Source: a virus (Duplodnaviria; Heunggongvirae; Uroviricota; Caudoviricetes). Taken from it: a DNA stretch of 64,000 bases. The position numbers and the translations under genes were made by a program. Shown one piece after another: positions 37,568-46,962 of the stretch. Within the stretch, counting starts at the first letter, position 1. Each line of letters starts with the position of its first letter. The notes beneath the pieces were generated by a model that did no database searches, was not told the DNA's origin, and saw only the letters and a program-made list of their open reading frames with translations. The stretch is taken from the IMG/VR virus record IMGVR_UViG_2880389630_000005. One strand, 5' to 3'.

Positions 37568-39945
37568 TGCAAAATCTGATGCCCCCGATAAATACACCGG
37601 ATCAATTGTTTCATGATGGTGACCCCACTCAGGGGATAGAAGGAACCATCGTAACTGCTGATTATTTAAACAATCAGCAGGGGGCAATCCGTGATTTACA
37701 GCAGGAACTCCTTAATGTTCTTGGTAGTGTACATATTCAACCTGCCCCCCAAAAAACGGATCAGCTACTTACCGCGCTTCGTGCGCTGCTGTTAAGCCGC
37801 AAGAATCCGTTTGGCGATATCAAATCGGATGGCACGGTAGAACGCGCTCTTGAAAATCTGGGGTTACAGGATGTAAAAGCTGGTTCATTGAACAATCTGT
37901 ACACTAACCATTCCCGTAGTGTCTTAATGGAATTGCCGTTATTATTCCCGGACTACGATACGGTGCTGGCTGCTCAGTCTGGTGCGGAATATATGTATCC
38001 ACAGGGATTTGTGGTGACAGGAGAAAAAATCTATCTGAGTTATACCGTTGAGCCAAAGCAGACACGGAACGTTATAGTTCAGTACACAACATCCGGCGAA
38101 TATGAGGGATATTATTATGTCGATAATGGAGGTCGTGGCGTTGTCAGCGAAGGCCTTGTGGTGACAACGGATTACGGTGGATTACGTTTGTTCATGTCAG
38201 GAGAAAATGGATTACTGAAACAGTTTTCGCTTGATGGGGCAATTTCTGGTTCAGTATTGCCGTTAATTGATGAACATGATGTCGGTGTTTACAACCAGTT
38301 CAGCTATCGTAAAAACCGCTGGGTGGTTGAACAGTCAGCGCCGGAAGTGGGAGGCCTGATCACCCGCACAGTATTTGCGGTGTATGATTTTCAGTTTCGT
38401 CGGACAGGGACATTCACATTACCGTTGCATGATTCCGGATATATCACGGAAAGCACAGACAGCTATGCAAGACGCTTCACAAAACGTCAGGGAATTGCTG
38501 TGGGAGACGATTATATTGCCTGTTCTTATGGTGGCTATTTTAATACCGGGGCATCAGCCGGATTTAACCAGTTTCAGGGGGTTAAGGTCTTTTCTCCGGA
38601 TGGAGTAAAGCAGCAGGAATCCATTCTTCATCCCCAAAAAATGATAGATGTGCTTACCAGGCAGGGTTTTACACCTTCGCGCATTGAGAACGAAGGAATT
38701 TGTATTTCTGACGACGGCGGCAGTATATATTCGCTTTATATCTTTCTGGAGCGTGGGTTACCACAGGCTTATCAGAAAGGAATTGTTCTGATGAAAGAGT
38801 TCAGTACTGGCAGAGATGCTATTGATTTTCGTCAGGCAGCCTGGTTGTACACGGGGTTTGATGTGTCTCATGCCAGTATTGGAACATTTCCCCGTAGTGC
38901 CCAGGGGTTGGTAAACCCGGTGTTGGGGACGGTATTCACATCCCTGTCTGAAATTCTGGCATATATGCGTTCTGTGAGTCAGAAATGGTTTTGTCTGCAT
39001 ACAACCACGACACCGATTAAAGATCTGAGTGGAAATGACATTCCTGCTGACAATTATGTGTTCATCAAGAATGCTAATAACCAGACATTCTATATAACGC
39101 AGGAGTCAGCTGAAGGTGGAATAAAATATAAAGCTGTCACTACAGACAGCGGAGAATATGGTTTTCAGCGACAAAGAGAGGCAATCTGGTCCAATGTTAT
39201 CACCATCGCACAAAAGAGCGATGGTGAGGATCAGTTTAATCGTATTATCGCTGCCTCGAAAAGTGGTTCGGGTAAAAATCAGGATAAAATACTGGTAGTT
39301 GACCAACAGGCATCAGAGGGGAATAACACGCTGGTAATTGGCGGTGGTTCATCTGTGTTCAGGTCAGCGACAGTGATTGATTTTGCAACGAATCAGGATG
39401 CAAATGCCACAGGAGGAGAAAAGAGATGGCGCATAGATTCATCAGGAAATCTCCGCCCTTATACAGATAATACGTATTCGATCGGTTATGCCTCATGGCG
39501 ACCCGCACAGGTTTATTCAGCTACGGGAAGTATCAGTACATCAGACCGGACTCATAAACAGGACGAAACAATTCTGTCGGATGCAGAAAAAAGGGTTGCC
39601 AGAAAGCTGCTCGGGTATATCTGTCGGTTCCGTTTCAGGGATGCAGTGTCCAGCAAAGGGAACGCAGCCAGATGGCATGTAGGAGTGATTGCTCAGGACG
39701 TACAGAAGGTCTTCTCCGAGGAAGGGCTGGACGCTTTTGATTACGGTATTTTGTGTCGTGATGAATATCCGGCGGAATATGAAGTGGTTTACGGGACTCG
39801 TATGGAGCTTGGTTCTGACGGACTCCTTACAATGGAAGAATACGATACCGGAGAGCGCAAGCTGGTCAGGGAGGCTGGTGAAATAATGTCTGTAAGGAAT
39901 GATGAGCTGCATTATTTCATGCTGGCATCGCTGTCTGGCCAGTGA
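37567..39945 (+). CDS. Tail fibre protein with C-terminal intramolecular chaperone (peptidase S74-like) domain
   Basis: 792 aa; C-terminal SDRTHKQDE...[11 protein letters not shown] matches the self-cleaving chaperone signature; last gene before prophage right end. Confidence 0.8.
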   Translation: MQNLMPPINTPDQLFHDGDPTQGIEGTIVTADYLNNQQGAIRDLQQELLNVLGSVHIQPAPQKTDQLLTALRALLLSRKNPFGDIKSDGTVERALENLGLQDVKAGSLNNLYTNHSRSVLMELPLLFPDYDTVLAAQSGAEYMYPQGFVVTGEKIYLSYTVEPKQTRNVIVQYTTSGEYEGYYYVDNGGRGVVSEGLVVTTDYGGLRLFMSGENGLLKQFSLDGAISGSVLPLIDEHDVGVYNQFSYRKNRWVVEQSAPEVGGLITRTVFAVYDFQFRRTGTFTLPLHDSGYITESTDSYARRFTKRQGIAVGDDYIACSYGGYFNTGASAGFNQFQGVKVFSPDGVKQQESILHPQKMIDVLTRQGFTPSRIENEGICISDDGGSIYSLYIFLERGLPQAYQKGIVLMKEFSTGRDAIDFRQAAWLYTGFDVSHASIGTFPRSAQGLVNPVLGTVFTSLSEILAYMRSVSQKWFCLHTTTTPIKDLSGNDIPADNYVFIKNANNQTFYITQESAEGGIKYKAVTTDSGEYGFQRQREAIWSNVITIAQKSDGEDQFNRIIAASKSGSGKNQDKILVVDQQASEGNNTLVIGGGSSVFRSATVIDFATNQDANATGGEKRWRIDSSGNLRPYTDNTYSIGYASWRPAQVYSATGSISTSDRTHKQDETILSDAEKRVARKLLGYICRFRFRDAVSSKGNAARWHVGVIAQDVQKVFSEEGLDAFDYGILCRDEYPAEYEVVYGTRMELGSDGLLTMEEYDTGERKLVREAGEIMSVRNDELHYFMLASLSGQ

Positions 39946-40060
39946 ATAATATTAATGTAAGGAGCGATATAAGCTCCTTACATCATGCATTTTATGCTGC
40001 GATTATGCGTTCTCCTGTTGTTTGTTGCTGAGAGTGAAACACCGGAAACATAACTAATAA

Positions 40061-40147
40061 GTTAGCGCCCAATTCTGGGCTTTTTGGCTGAGATCTCCCC
40101 GCCCAGAATTGGGCGCTAATTAGCCCAGAAAAAAACGCGAAGTTACA
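40061..40147 (+). repeat. Prophage right end: 19-bp inverted repeat TTAGCGCCCAATTCTGGGC/GCCCAGAATTGGGCGCTAA plus inverted TTCTGGGC motif copies
   Basis: Perfect inverted repeat at 40061-40080 and 40101-40119; CCCAGAA at 40123-40130. Confidence 0.55.
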
Positions 40148-40718
40148 CTGGTACCGTCAGCATCATGCTGACAGCAACTGGTATGAAAACGTGTATGAGG
40201 ACTTCAGGGCGGTCTGTGGCATTTTCGGAATTGACCTCCGCCAGCGCGTTTTCCGGCTCAGCAACGGCAGGTTTATGGAAGAGGCGTGCATCTGGTTCAG
40301 CGGATTCTGCAGCCAGGGGGACGGAGCCTGTTTTGAAGGACGCTGGCACTGGCAGCCAGCAACAGCCAGAAGGCTCCGGGAGTATGCCACACAGGACCAT
40401 GAACTCCATCGTATCGCGGATGCCCTGCAGGCGGTGCAGAAACGTAACTTCTGGCAACTGCAGGCTGAAATCCACCACCGGGGACGTTACTGCCATCCGT
40501 ACAGCATGGATATCACTGTTACCCGGAACAGTCCGACTGGTCAGGCTATGACAGCCGATGCGGAAGCCGCTGTCAGCGAAGCCCTGCGCGACCTGGCCTT
40601 CTGGTTGTACCGTCAGCTGGAAAACGAGTACGACAGGCTGACCTCTGATGCCGCTGTGGATGAGGCCCTTCTCATCAACGAATACACCTTCACCGAAGCC
40701 GGTCTGCGCGCCGGCTGA
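40148..40718 (+). pseudogene. 3' fragment of the island gene disrupted by the Mu-like prophage
   Basis: Frame of 40191-40718 extends upstream to the junction and joins 4252-4329 in frame; stop TGA at 40716-40718. Confidence 0.7.
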
Positions 40719-40733
40719 CCTGAGGACTTTATC

Positions 40734-41102
40734 GTGTCAGACAAACTCCATGAGACAAATTATCCCGACGACCATAACGACCGCCTCTGGTGGGGACTGC
40801 CCTGCACCGTGACGCCCTGTTTCGGGGCACGTCTGGTGCAGGAGGGTAACCGGTTGCATTACCTTGCCGACCGCGCCGGTATCAGAGGCCTGTTCAGCGA
40901 TGCAGATGCGTACCACCTGGACCAGGCCTTTCCGCTGCTGATGAAACAACTGGAACTCATGCTCACCAGCGGTGAACTGAATCCCCGCCATCAGCATACC
41001 GTCACGCTGTATGCAAAAGGGCTGACCTGCAAAGCCGATACCCTCAGCAGTTGTGGTTACGTTTATCTGGCTGTTTATCCGACGCCCGAAATGAAAAATT
41101 AA
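40734..41102 (+). CDS. cbeA: Type IV antitoxin CbeA (YeeU)
   Basis: 122 aa; GTG start; near-identical to K-12 YeeU from memory (…WWGLPCTVTPCFGARLVQEGNRLHYLADRAG…). Confidence 0.9.
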   Translation: MSDKLHETNYPDDHNDRLWWGLPCTVTPCFGARLVQEGNRLHYLADRAGIRGLFSDADAYHLDQAFPLLMKQLELMLTSGELNPRHQHTVTLYAKGLTCKADTLSSCGYVYLAVYPTPEMKN

Positions 41103-41190
41103 CTCTCCAGAATAGCCTTCTGCTACGGCCTGGTGTTTTCACCACGCCACTTTTCCATTTTTATATCTGCATATCAGGAAAATCTTCAGT

Positions 41191-41565
41191 ATGAAAACAT
41201 TACCTGTATTACCCGGGCAGGCGGCCAGTTCTCGCCCGTCTCCTGTTGAAATCTGGCAGATACTGCTGTCCCGACTGCTGGACCAGCACTATGGCCTCAC
41301 ACTGAATGACACACCGTTTGCCGATGAACGTGTGATTGAGCAGCATATTGAGGCAGGCATTTCACTGTGTGATGCGGTGAACTTTCTCGTGGAAAAATAC
41401 GCGCTGGTGCGTACCGACCAGCCGGGATTCAGCGCCTGTACCCGCTCTCAGTTAATAAACAGCATCGATATCCTCCGGGCTCGCAGGGCGACCGGCCTGA
41501 TGACCAGCGACAATTACAGAACGGTAAATAACATTACCCTGGGTAAGTATCCGGAGGCGAAATGA
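41191..41565 (+). CDS. cbtA: Type IV toxin CbtA (YeeV)
   Basis: 124 aa; MKTLPVLPGQAASSRPSPVEIWQILLSRLL... matches YeeV from memory. Confidence 0.9.
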   Translation: MKTLPVLPGQAASSRPSPVEIWQILLSRLLDQHYGLTLNDTPFADERVIEQHIEAGISLCDAVNFLVEKYALVRTDQPGFSACTRSQLINSIDILRARRATGLMTSDNYRTVNNITLGKYPEAK

Positions 41566-41756
41566 TGACACTGGAAGCCGACAGCGTTAACGTACAGGCG
41601 CTGGATATGGGGCACATTGTCGTTGACATTGATGGTGTTAATATCACTGAACTGATTAATAAGGCCGCTGAAAACGGTTATTCACTCCGCGTGGTGGATG
41701 ACCGTGACTCTACCGAAACACCGGCAACTTATGCCAGCCCTCACCAGTTGCTGTAA
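41562..41756 (+). CDS. yeeW: YeeW-like small protein
   Basis: 64 aa; start overlaps cbtA stop. Confidence 0.7.
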   Translation: MMTLEADSVNVQALDMGHIVVDIDGVNITELINKAAENGYSLRVVDDRDSTETPATYASPHQLL

Positions 41757-41912
41757 GACAATGCAGTGATACAGGGTATAGTGCCATTAACCACAGAAAC
41801 AGCACTGTTGTCCTGTATTAAGCAGGCAAGAGAAGATGTCCTTACCCTGCGCCATCTGCAGCTTCTGCACCAGAACCGGTGAATCTCACTCAACAGGCTT
41901 CATTTCCCCTGA

Positions 41913-41941
41913 CGCCAGCCTGAATACAGCTGGCGTTTTCA
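41913..41941 (+). terminator. Rho-independent terminator
   Basis: Stem CGCCAGC/GCTGGCG followed by TTTTCATTT. Confidence 0.6.
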
Positions 41942-42196
41942 TTTATAAACAGAAAGGAAAACCGATAATAATGGAATGGACGCCCCGACCATGAAGCAAC
42001 GGTAGGATATTACTGATAAACCTTCCAGTGGAGGTGCGTTATGGCCGTTTTAACGATTAGCATTGACCTGACAAAAAATGAATTCCAAATCCACGGTCTG
42101 GGTAGGAACAGAAAAATCTAAGCTCAGAAAACGGATTAAAGTAAGCGTCAACGGAGCACCGTATTGACGCTTATTTATTGGTGAGAACTACGTTCC

Positions 42197-42553
42197 ATGG
42201 CAGGAGTTCGTCAACACGGTTGGAGGGCCATTCCGGCAGTATGCTCAGAATATGGCGCAGATACGCTTCCGGATCGATACCGTTCAGACGGCAGGTGCCT
42301 GCTTTTCCGGCAACAAGCAGGAATCTCAGCGCTGAAGCAGGAATTAGAGGTAAAAACGCCCTACCGGGCCATGAATCACCCGGTCATTGGAGTAGTAACC
42401 AAAGCAGATTTAGCCAGCATGGAACAAATATCTTTGGTGACAAGTTGGTTACGGGAAGCTGGAGCGCACAACGTGTTAGTAACCAGTGCAGTTAATAACA
42501 ATGGAGTTACAGAACTTTTTGCCTTGCTGCATACAGAAGAAGGCTGTTGTTAA
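42197..42553 (+). pseudogene. yoeF: YoeF-like remnant (C-terminal fragment of a P-loop GTPase-like protein)
   Basis: 118-aa ORF with no convincing start; position matches the K-12 yoeF pseudogene (from memory). Confidence 0.35.
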
Positions 42554-42653
42554 TTTCGATTGGTTCTCAGATGAGAATGATGACGGTGATACACAGATAA
42601 GAATCAATGAGCAATGAGGGTTGCCGGGCAACCCTCATTGAATAAAACGGGAA

Positions 42654-42983
42654 TTACTTCGCTTCGCCGTTTTTCATTTCGCCCATAGCTTTCAGCTTTT
42701 TGGAGATATCGCGGCGTTCTTTGGAGAGCTCGGCATTTTTGATGATGTAATCGTCAACGCGATCTTCATAGTCACCTTTCATGCTGGCGATGATGCCCTG
42801 GATTGCTTCAACGCTCATCCCTGGCTTGATGTAATCGCTCAGGTTGTCCAGCAACAGGACGCGCTTCTGGTTGTCACGGATCTTTTTCTCAACGTCCTGA
42901 ATTTCACGTTGCAGTTTGTTCTTACGACGGAACAGACGAACAAATTCCAGTACGTCCTGGAATGAAGGCTTGGTAGTTTCCAT
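42654..42983 (-). CDS. yeeX: UPF0265/DUF496 protein YeeX
   Basis: 109 aa from [15 protein letters not shown]...; matches K-12 YeeX. Confidence 0.9.
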   Translation of the reverse strand: METTKPSFQDVLEFVRLFRRKNKLQREIQDVEKKIRDNQKRVLLLDNLSDYIKPGMSVEAIQGIIASMKGDYEDRVDDYIIKNAELSKERRDISKKLKAMGEMKNGEAK

Positions 42984-43154
42984 TTTTATACCCCTGATAA
43001 TGTGAGAGTCGGATTCGTTTAAGCAACCGCTATTCGTTAGGGCCAACATTACTCATAGCTGCCGCAGATGACAATGCTTTTATCCCTTTTCACTATCATA
43101 CCCTTTATCCTTGCTGAATCGAAGCAGCAGCAAGATGATTCTGAAGTTCAGGAA

Positions 43155-44213
43155 TTATTTGCGCAAGGCCCGGCAAATCAGATTCGATAGCAACTCAAGC
43201 TGATGTGCCGTTTCCATGTTCAGCCACACATAACCATAGATTGGTGTTTCCAAGACTTTCAGGTCATGGTGGTTATCGAGCAACTGACGCAGCTCTTCCA
43301 CAGCATCGTTCAATTTTTCCGTATTGGCAAAAACCGGCTGCGGATTACCTTCGTACAGCGCATGAACAAGGCTCAGCAGTATTTGCTGCATCATGTGCTG
43401 GGTATCACGAAGTTTTTGCGCGTTCAATAACACGAAATGGCTGGGGCGCGTGGCCCAGTATGCATTGATTTGCAACTCCAGCATACAAACCAGATTGCGA
43501 TTAATGGTCTGGATACCTTCATATATCGATTTGGGAATACGGGTTTCTTTGCTGGCGGGCGCAATCAGCCCACGCATTTTCACGGCATCGGTCAGGAGTT
43601 TTTGTAGATGGCTTTCCAGACGTGGGCGTTCGAGTAAGTTCGGTGAGAATGCAGATTGATAGACCCGATTATACTCGGTCAGACTTTTCGCCAGTTGAAT
43701 GCGCCAGTGGATGAACGCCCGTTGTGGCCAGATACCGGTAAACAACATTGCCAGTAAAGAGCCGAGGATCACATCGCCGCTTCGCCATAACGCCGTATCA
43801 ATTTCACCTGTCGGGGAACCCACAACAATTGCCAGCGTCACCCCAATCAATAATCCTTGATACGGTTTCTTGCCCAGCGCCAGCCAACCGCAAAGAAACA
43901 TCGCCGCCGCGCACCAGACTAACATCAGCGGTAACGAAATTAACTCCAGTTGCAGAGCGATAAGACCTAAAATCGAACCCAACACCGTACCGCCAATACG
44001 TTCGAAGGCACGAGGGACAACGTTCCCCCAGAACGAGATTGGCCCCATAATCACCACCATGGTGACCAGCGGCCAGGTGCTTTCCGGGATAGTAAACAGG
44101 CGGATAATGAGAAAAGTGAGCAGGAATGCCAGCGCGACCCGAGTACCATGCACAATGCGGTAATGGCGGTATACCCGGATTTCAAACGGGCTTAATGACT
44201 TATCGGCACGCAC
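43155..44213 (-). CDS. yeeA: FUSC-family inner membrane protein YeeA
   Basis: 352 aa from GTG 44213; multiple TM segments; matches K-12 YeeA. Confidence 0.85.
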   Translation of the reverse strand: MRADKSLSPFEIRVYRHYRIVHGTRVALAFLLTFLIIRLFTIPESTWPLVTMVVIMGPISFWGNVVPRAFERIGGTVLGSILGLIALQLELISLPLMLVWCAAAMFLCGWLALGKKPYQGLLIGVTLAIVVGSPTGEIDTALWRSGDVILGSLLAMLFTGIWPQRAFIHWRIQLAKSLTEYNRVYQSAFSPNLLERPRLESHLQKLLTDAVKMRGLIAPASKETRIPKSIYEGIQTINRNLVCMLELQINAYWATRPSHFVLLNAQKLRDTQHMMQQILLSLVHALYEGNPQPVFANTEKLNDAVEELRQLLDNHHDLKVLETPIYGYVWLNMETAHQLELLSNLICRALRK

Positions 44214-44410
44214 GCAGAAACTCCGTAATGAAGATGAAAAGCGCTCATAACACATCTGTCGGCCAGAAGGCGCGCCTCTGAGTTATCCGACGGACATACC
44301 GGGAACAGTGTAATTTCCCGGCAGGAGCGAAAAATTTGAAAGGCGCATCTTACTCTTTTCGCTTTCAAAAAAAGAGTGGTCTTCGCGTTAACACACCGCC
44401 CTGAGATGAA

Positions 44411-44884
44411 TTAGTGATGTTTTGGCTGCACCGCAACATACATTTCGATATCCCAGTACCCATCTTCCGCGCCATTGTTCAAGTAAACCTCGAAGCAGGG
44501 CTTTGGTAACATTTCATAAGCACTGTCCTGCAAGAGGCTATTAAAGAACTGATACCAGGGTTTAGCAAAATCATCACCGACTACACGAGCCACCGCCACC
44601 GCATACTGACCACCTGAAATTTCTGTCAGAATGACGCCCTCACTGTTTTCGGGGAGCGTAAAGTTATTCGGTACCGTCACGACGGTGTCGCAGCGTAATT
44701 TTTCGGCGGGTGTTTCATCTGGATTGTCGTAATAGACAGCAACCCACTCCTTCGGCACAATATTTTTGCTATCTATCCACATCATCAACTGCTCAAAACC
44801 TTTCTTTACCATCTGCTCCCACGGGCCAACAAGATGGAAACCTGCAACGGTACGTTTATCTTCCTGCTTAATCTCGTAGTTCAT
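44411..44884 (-). CDS. sbmC: DNA gyrase inhibitor SbmC (GyrI)
   Basis: 157 aa; [24 protein letters not shown]... matches SbmC. Confidence 0.9.
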   Translation of the reverse strand: MNYEIKQEDKRTVAGFHLVGPWEQMVKKGFEQLMMWIDSKNIVPKEWVAVYYDNPDETPAEKLRCDTVVTVPNNFTLPENSEGVILTEISGGQYAVAVARVVGDDFAKPWYQFFNSLLQDSAYEMLPKPCFEVYLNNGAEDGYWDIEMYVAVQPKHH

Positions 44885-44899
44885 GACGCCTCCACTAAC

Positions 44900-44919
44900 A
44901 CTGTTTTTATATACAGTAT
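44900..44919. promoter_or_regulatory. LexA (SOS) box upstream of sbmC
   Basis: ACTGTTTTTATATACAGTAT fits the CTGT-N8-ACAG consensus; sbmC is SOS-inducible. Confidence 0.75.
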
Positions 44920-45002
44920 AGTTGCAATATTAAAACCACAAGGAATGAGTGTTGATTATGCGAGCAGACTCGCACTCCTGCCAGTCTGCTGCAAAAGAAA
45001 GG

Positions 45003-46175
45003 TCAGGCCTTATGGTGGAAATAATCACTCAGGCGGGAAAACATGCTGCCTTCCCCGACAGATTCCAGGGTAACCAGCGGCCAGTGCGCCACCTGTTTAT
45101 CACGGTCGTAAAGTTCAATTTCCCCTACCCGCTGATGGGCGCTAATTGGCGCGGTGAGTTCTTTACCATCAAGGGTATATTTGGCTTTGATATGTGGAAT
45201 TTCGGCTTTCGGTAGCACCATCCAGAACTCTTGTTCCGTTCCCAGGGCGATATTTTCTTTATCACCATACCAGATGCGTTCCGTACCGACCTTTTTCCCA
45301 CGGTGCAAAATTTGCACCGTAGTAAAGTTTTGTTGCCCCCAACGCAGTAATTTTCTTGCCTCTTCCTCACGACCTTTTGCGCTGTCAGCCCCCATTACCA
45401 CTGCAATGAGGCGACGCTGCCCGTCTACAGCCGAAGCAATAAGATTAAACCCGGCACCAGAAGTATGGCCCGTTTTCAGGCCGTCAACATTCATGGTTTT
45501 ATCCCACAATAACCCGTTACGGTTTTGCTGGGTGATACCGTTCCAGGTGAGGCTTTTCTCACTGTACATATGATAAAACTCGGGCTCGCCGTGGATGATA
45601 GCGCGAGAAAGCACGGCTAAATCATAAGCCGAGCTATGCTGGCCAGGTGCATCCAGACCATGCACTGTTTCAAAATGCGTATCCTTGAGATGCAGCTTCT
45701 CGGCATAGTTGTTCATCATTTCAACAAACTGCCGTTGCCCACCGGCAATATAGTCAGCCAGAGCAACACAAGCGTCATTTCCGGAATCCACAATTAAACC
45801 ACGGCTTAAATCACGTACCGATACGCGATCGCCCTCTTTCAAAAACATCAGTGAAGAACCGACAAACACCGGATTATCTTTCGCCCACGCATCACGCCCC
45901 ACGGTGACAATATCGTCTGGCGTAATGCGATGACTATCGATAGCGCGATCCACGACATAGCCCGTCATCAGCTTTGTCAGGCTGGCGGGATTGCGCTGTT
46001 GATGCTCATTACCCGCGGTGAGAATCTGACCGGTGGTGTAATCCATCAATACCCAGGACCCGGCATGAATCTCTGGAGGCTGAGGTGAAAAAGGAATGTT
46101 TTCCGCCGCAAAACCAGACGATAAATTAAAAACGAACAAAGAAGCAGCAATAATAAGACGGCGTTTCAACAGCAA
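45003..46175 (-). CDS. dacD: D-alanyl-D-alanine carboxypeptidase DacD (PBP6b)
   Basis: ~388-390 aa; signal peptide; matches DacD from memory. Confidence 0.9.
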   Translation of the reverse strand: MLLKRRLIIAASLFVFNLSSGFAAENIPFSPQPPEIHAGSWVLMDYTTGQILTAGNEHQQRNPASLTKLMTGYVVDRAIDSHRITPDDIVTVGRDAWAKDNPVFVGSSLMFLKEGDRVSVRDLSRGLIVDSGNDACVALADYIAGGQRQFVEMMNNYAEKLHLKDTHFETVHGLDAPGQHSSAYDLAVLSRAIIHGEPEFYHMYSEKSLTWNGITQQNRNGLLWDKTMNVDGLKTGHTSGAGFNLIASAVDGQRRLIAVVMGADSAKGREEEARKLLRWGQQNFTTVQILHRGKKVGTERIWYGDKENIALGTEQEFWMVLPKAEIPHIKAKYTLDGKELTAPISAHQRVGEIELYDRDKQVAHWPLVTLESVGEGSMFSRLSDYFHHKA

Positions 46176-46377
46176 ACCCTCAGGTGTTTCAAATAGCTGT
46201 TCTTTTTACGGAAATACTTATGAACTGGCTGGAATAAAGTGCAAGAAAATGTGACTACTATCTCATTTTTATCTGACATGATCTGTTGCCACTCGCTGCC
46301 AAATTGTCGCGCTAAAGCTGATTAGCACGGTGATATTTGATACTCTGGCAGACAGCAGAAATAACGGATTTAACCTA

Positions 46378-46425
46378 ATGATGAATGACGGTAAGCAACA
46401 ATCTACCTTTTTGTTTCACGATTAC
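46378..46425 (+). pseudogene. sbcB: sbcB (exonuclease I) 5' stump, truncated by P22-like prophage insertion
   Basis: Encodes MMNDGKQQSTFLFHDY (SbcB N-terminus from memory), then diverges and stops at 46438-46440. Confidence 0.8.
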
Positions 46426-46962
46426 GCGCAACACCCCTGAGAACCGCCATGAACAAGGGTTTCATGATTTGTGATTTTAGTTTGGTACGCAATTTGGTAC
46501 ACAACACAATTTTCACTTCAGCGGGTAGTCATCAAACTCACCATAACGAGCATCGTTGATGATGTATGTGATCACCACAAATATCACATCTGGACTAGTT
46601 CCGTCTTCATGCGCAGGTATTTGTTCACGCCTCCCTTTCTGCAAATCCTAAAGATGAGATTTTGGGGTTTTGGGATATCTTTTTATCCTCAGTTCTCTAT
46701 CCATTCTACAAAGCAGTAATGAACCATCACCGTGTGATAGTGAGGCATCCGCTACGTTAAGCGCAGAGAAATGATGCAGTGGTGGTCGGACTGGATTGAT
46801 GAAAAGGTGTAGCAACCAACATTGCTATATCTCAGATAGCACAAAGCCTTGCAATCCAGTGCAAAGCTTTGTGTGTCTCAGTTTTTATAAATTCTTAAGC
46901 AAGAATTATAGTTATAACTATTATGTAAATTTTATGATATATATTGTATTTAAATGCTGGTT

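Larger units (their letters stand above)
4330..40147 (+). mobile_element. Mu-like transposable prophage, ~35.8 kb, apparently complete; ends +/-1 bp
   Basis: c-ner-A-B early module at left, Mu-type head and myovirus tail genes, tail fibre at right; flanked by direct repeat ACTGGT/CTGG within a restored host ORF. Confidence 0.85.

Noticed and set aside
37567-40147. Looked for a Mu-type invertible G segment, gin invertase and mom downstream of the tail fibre
   Set aside because: Only about 200 bp separates the fibre stop from the prophage end; no recombinase ORF or flanking inverted repeats of the needed size.
40165-40551. 128-aa plus-strand ORF in an alternative frame of the disrupted island gene
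   Set aside because: Overlaps the frame that reconstitutes in-frame with 4252-4329; product is low-complexity Ser/Arg/Thr-rich.
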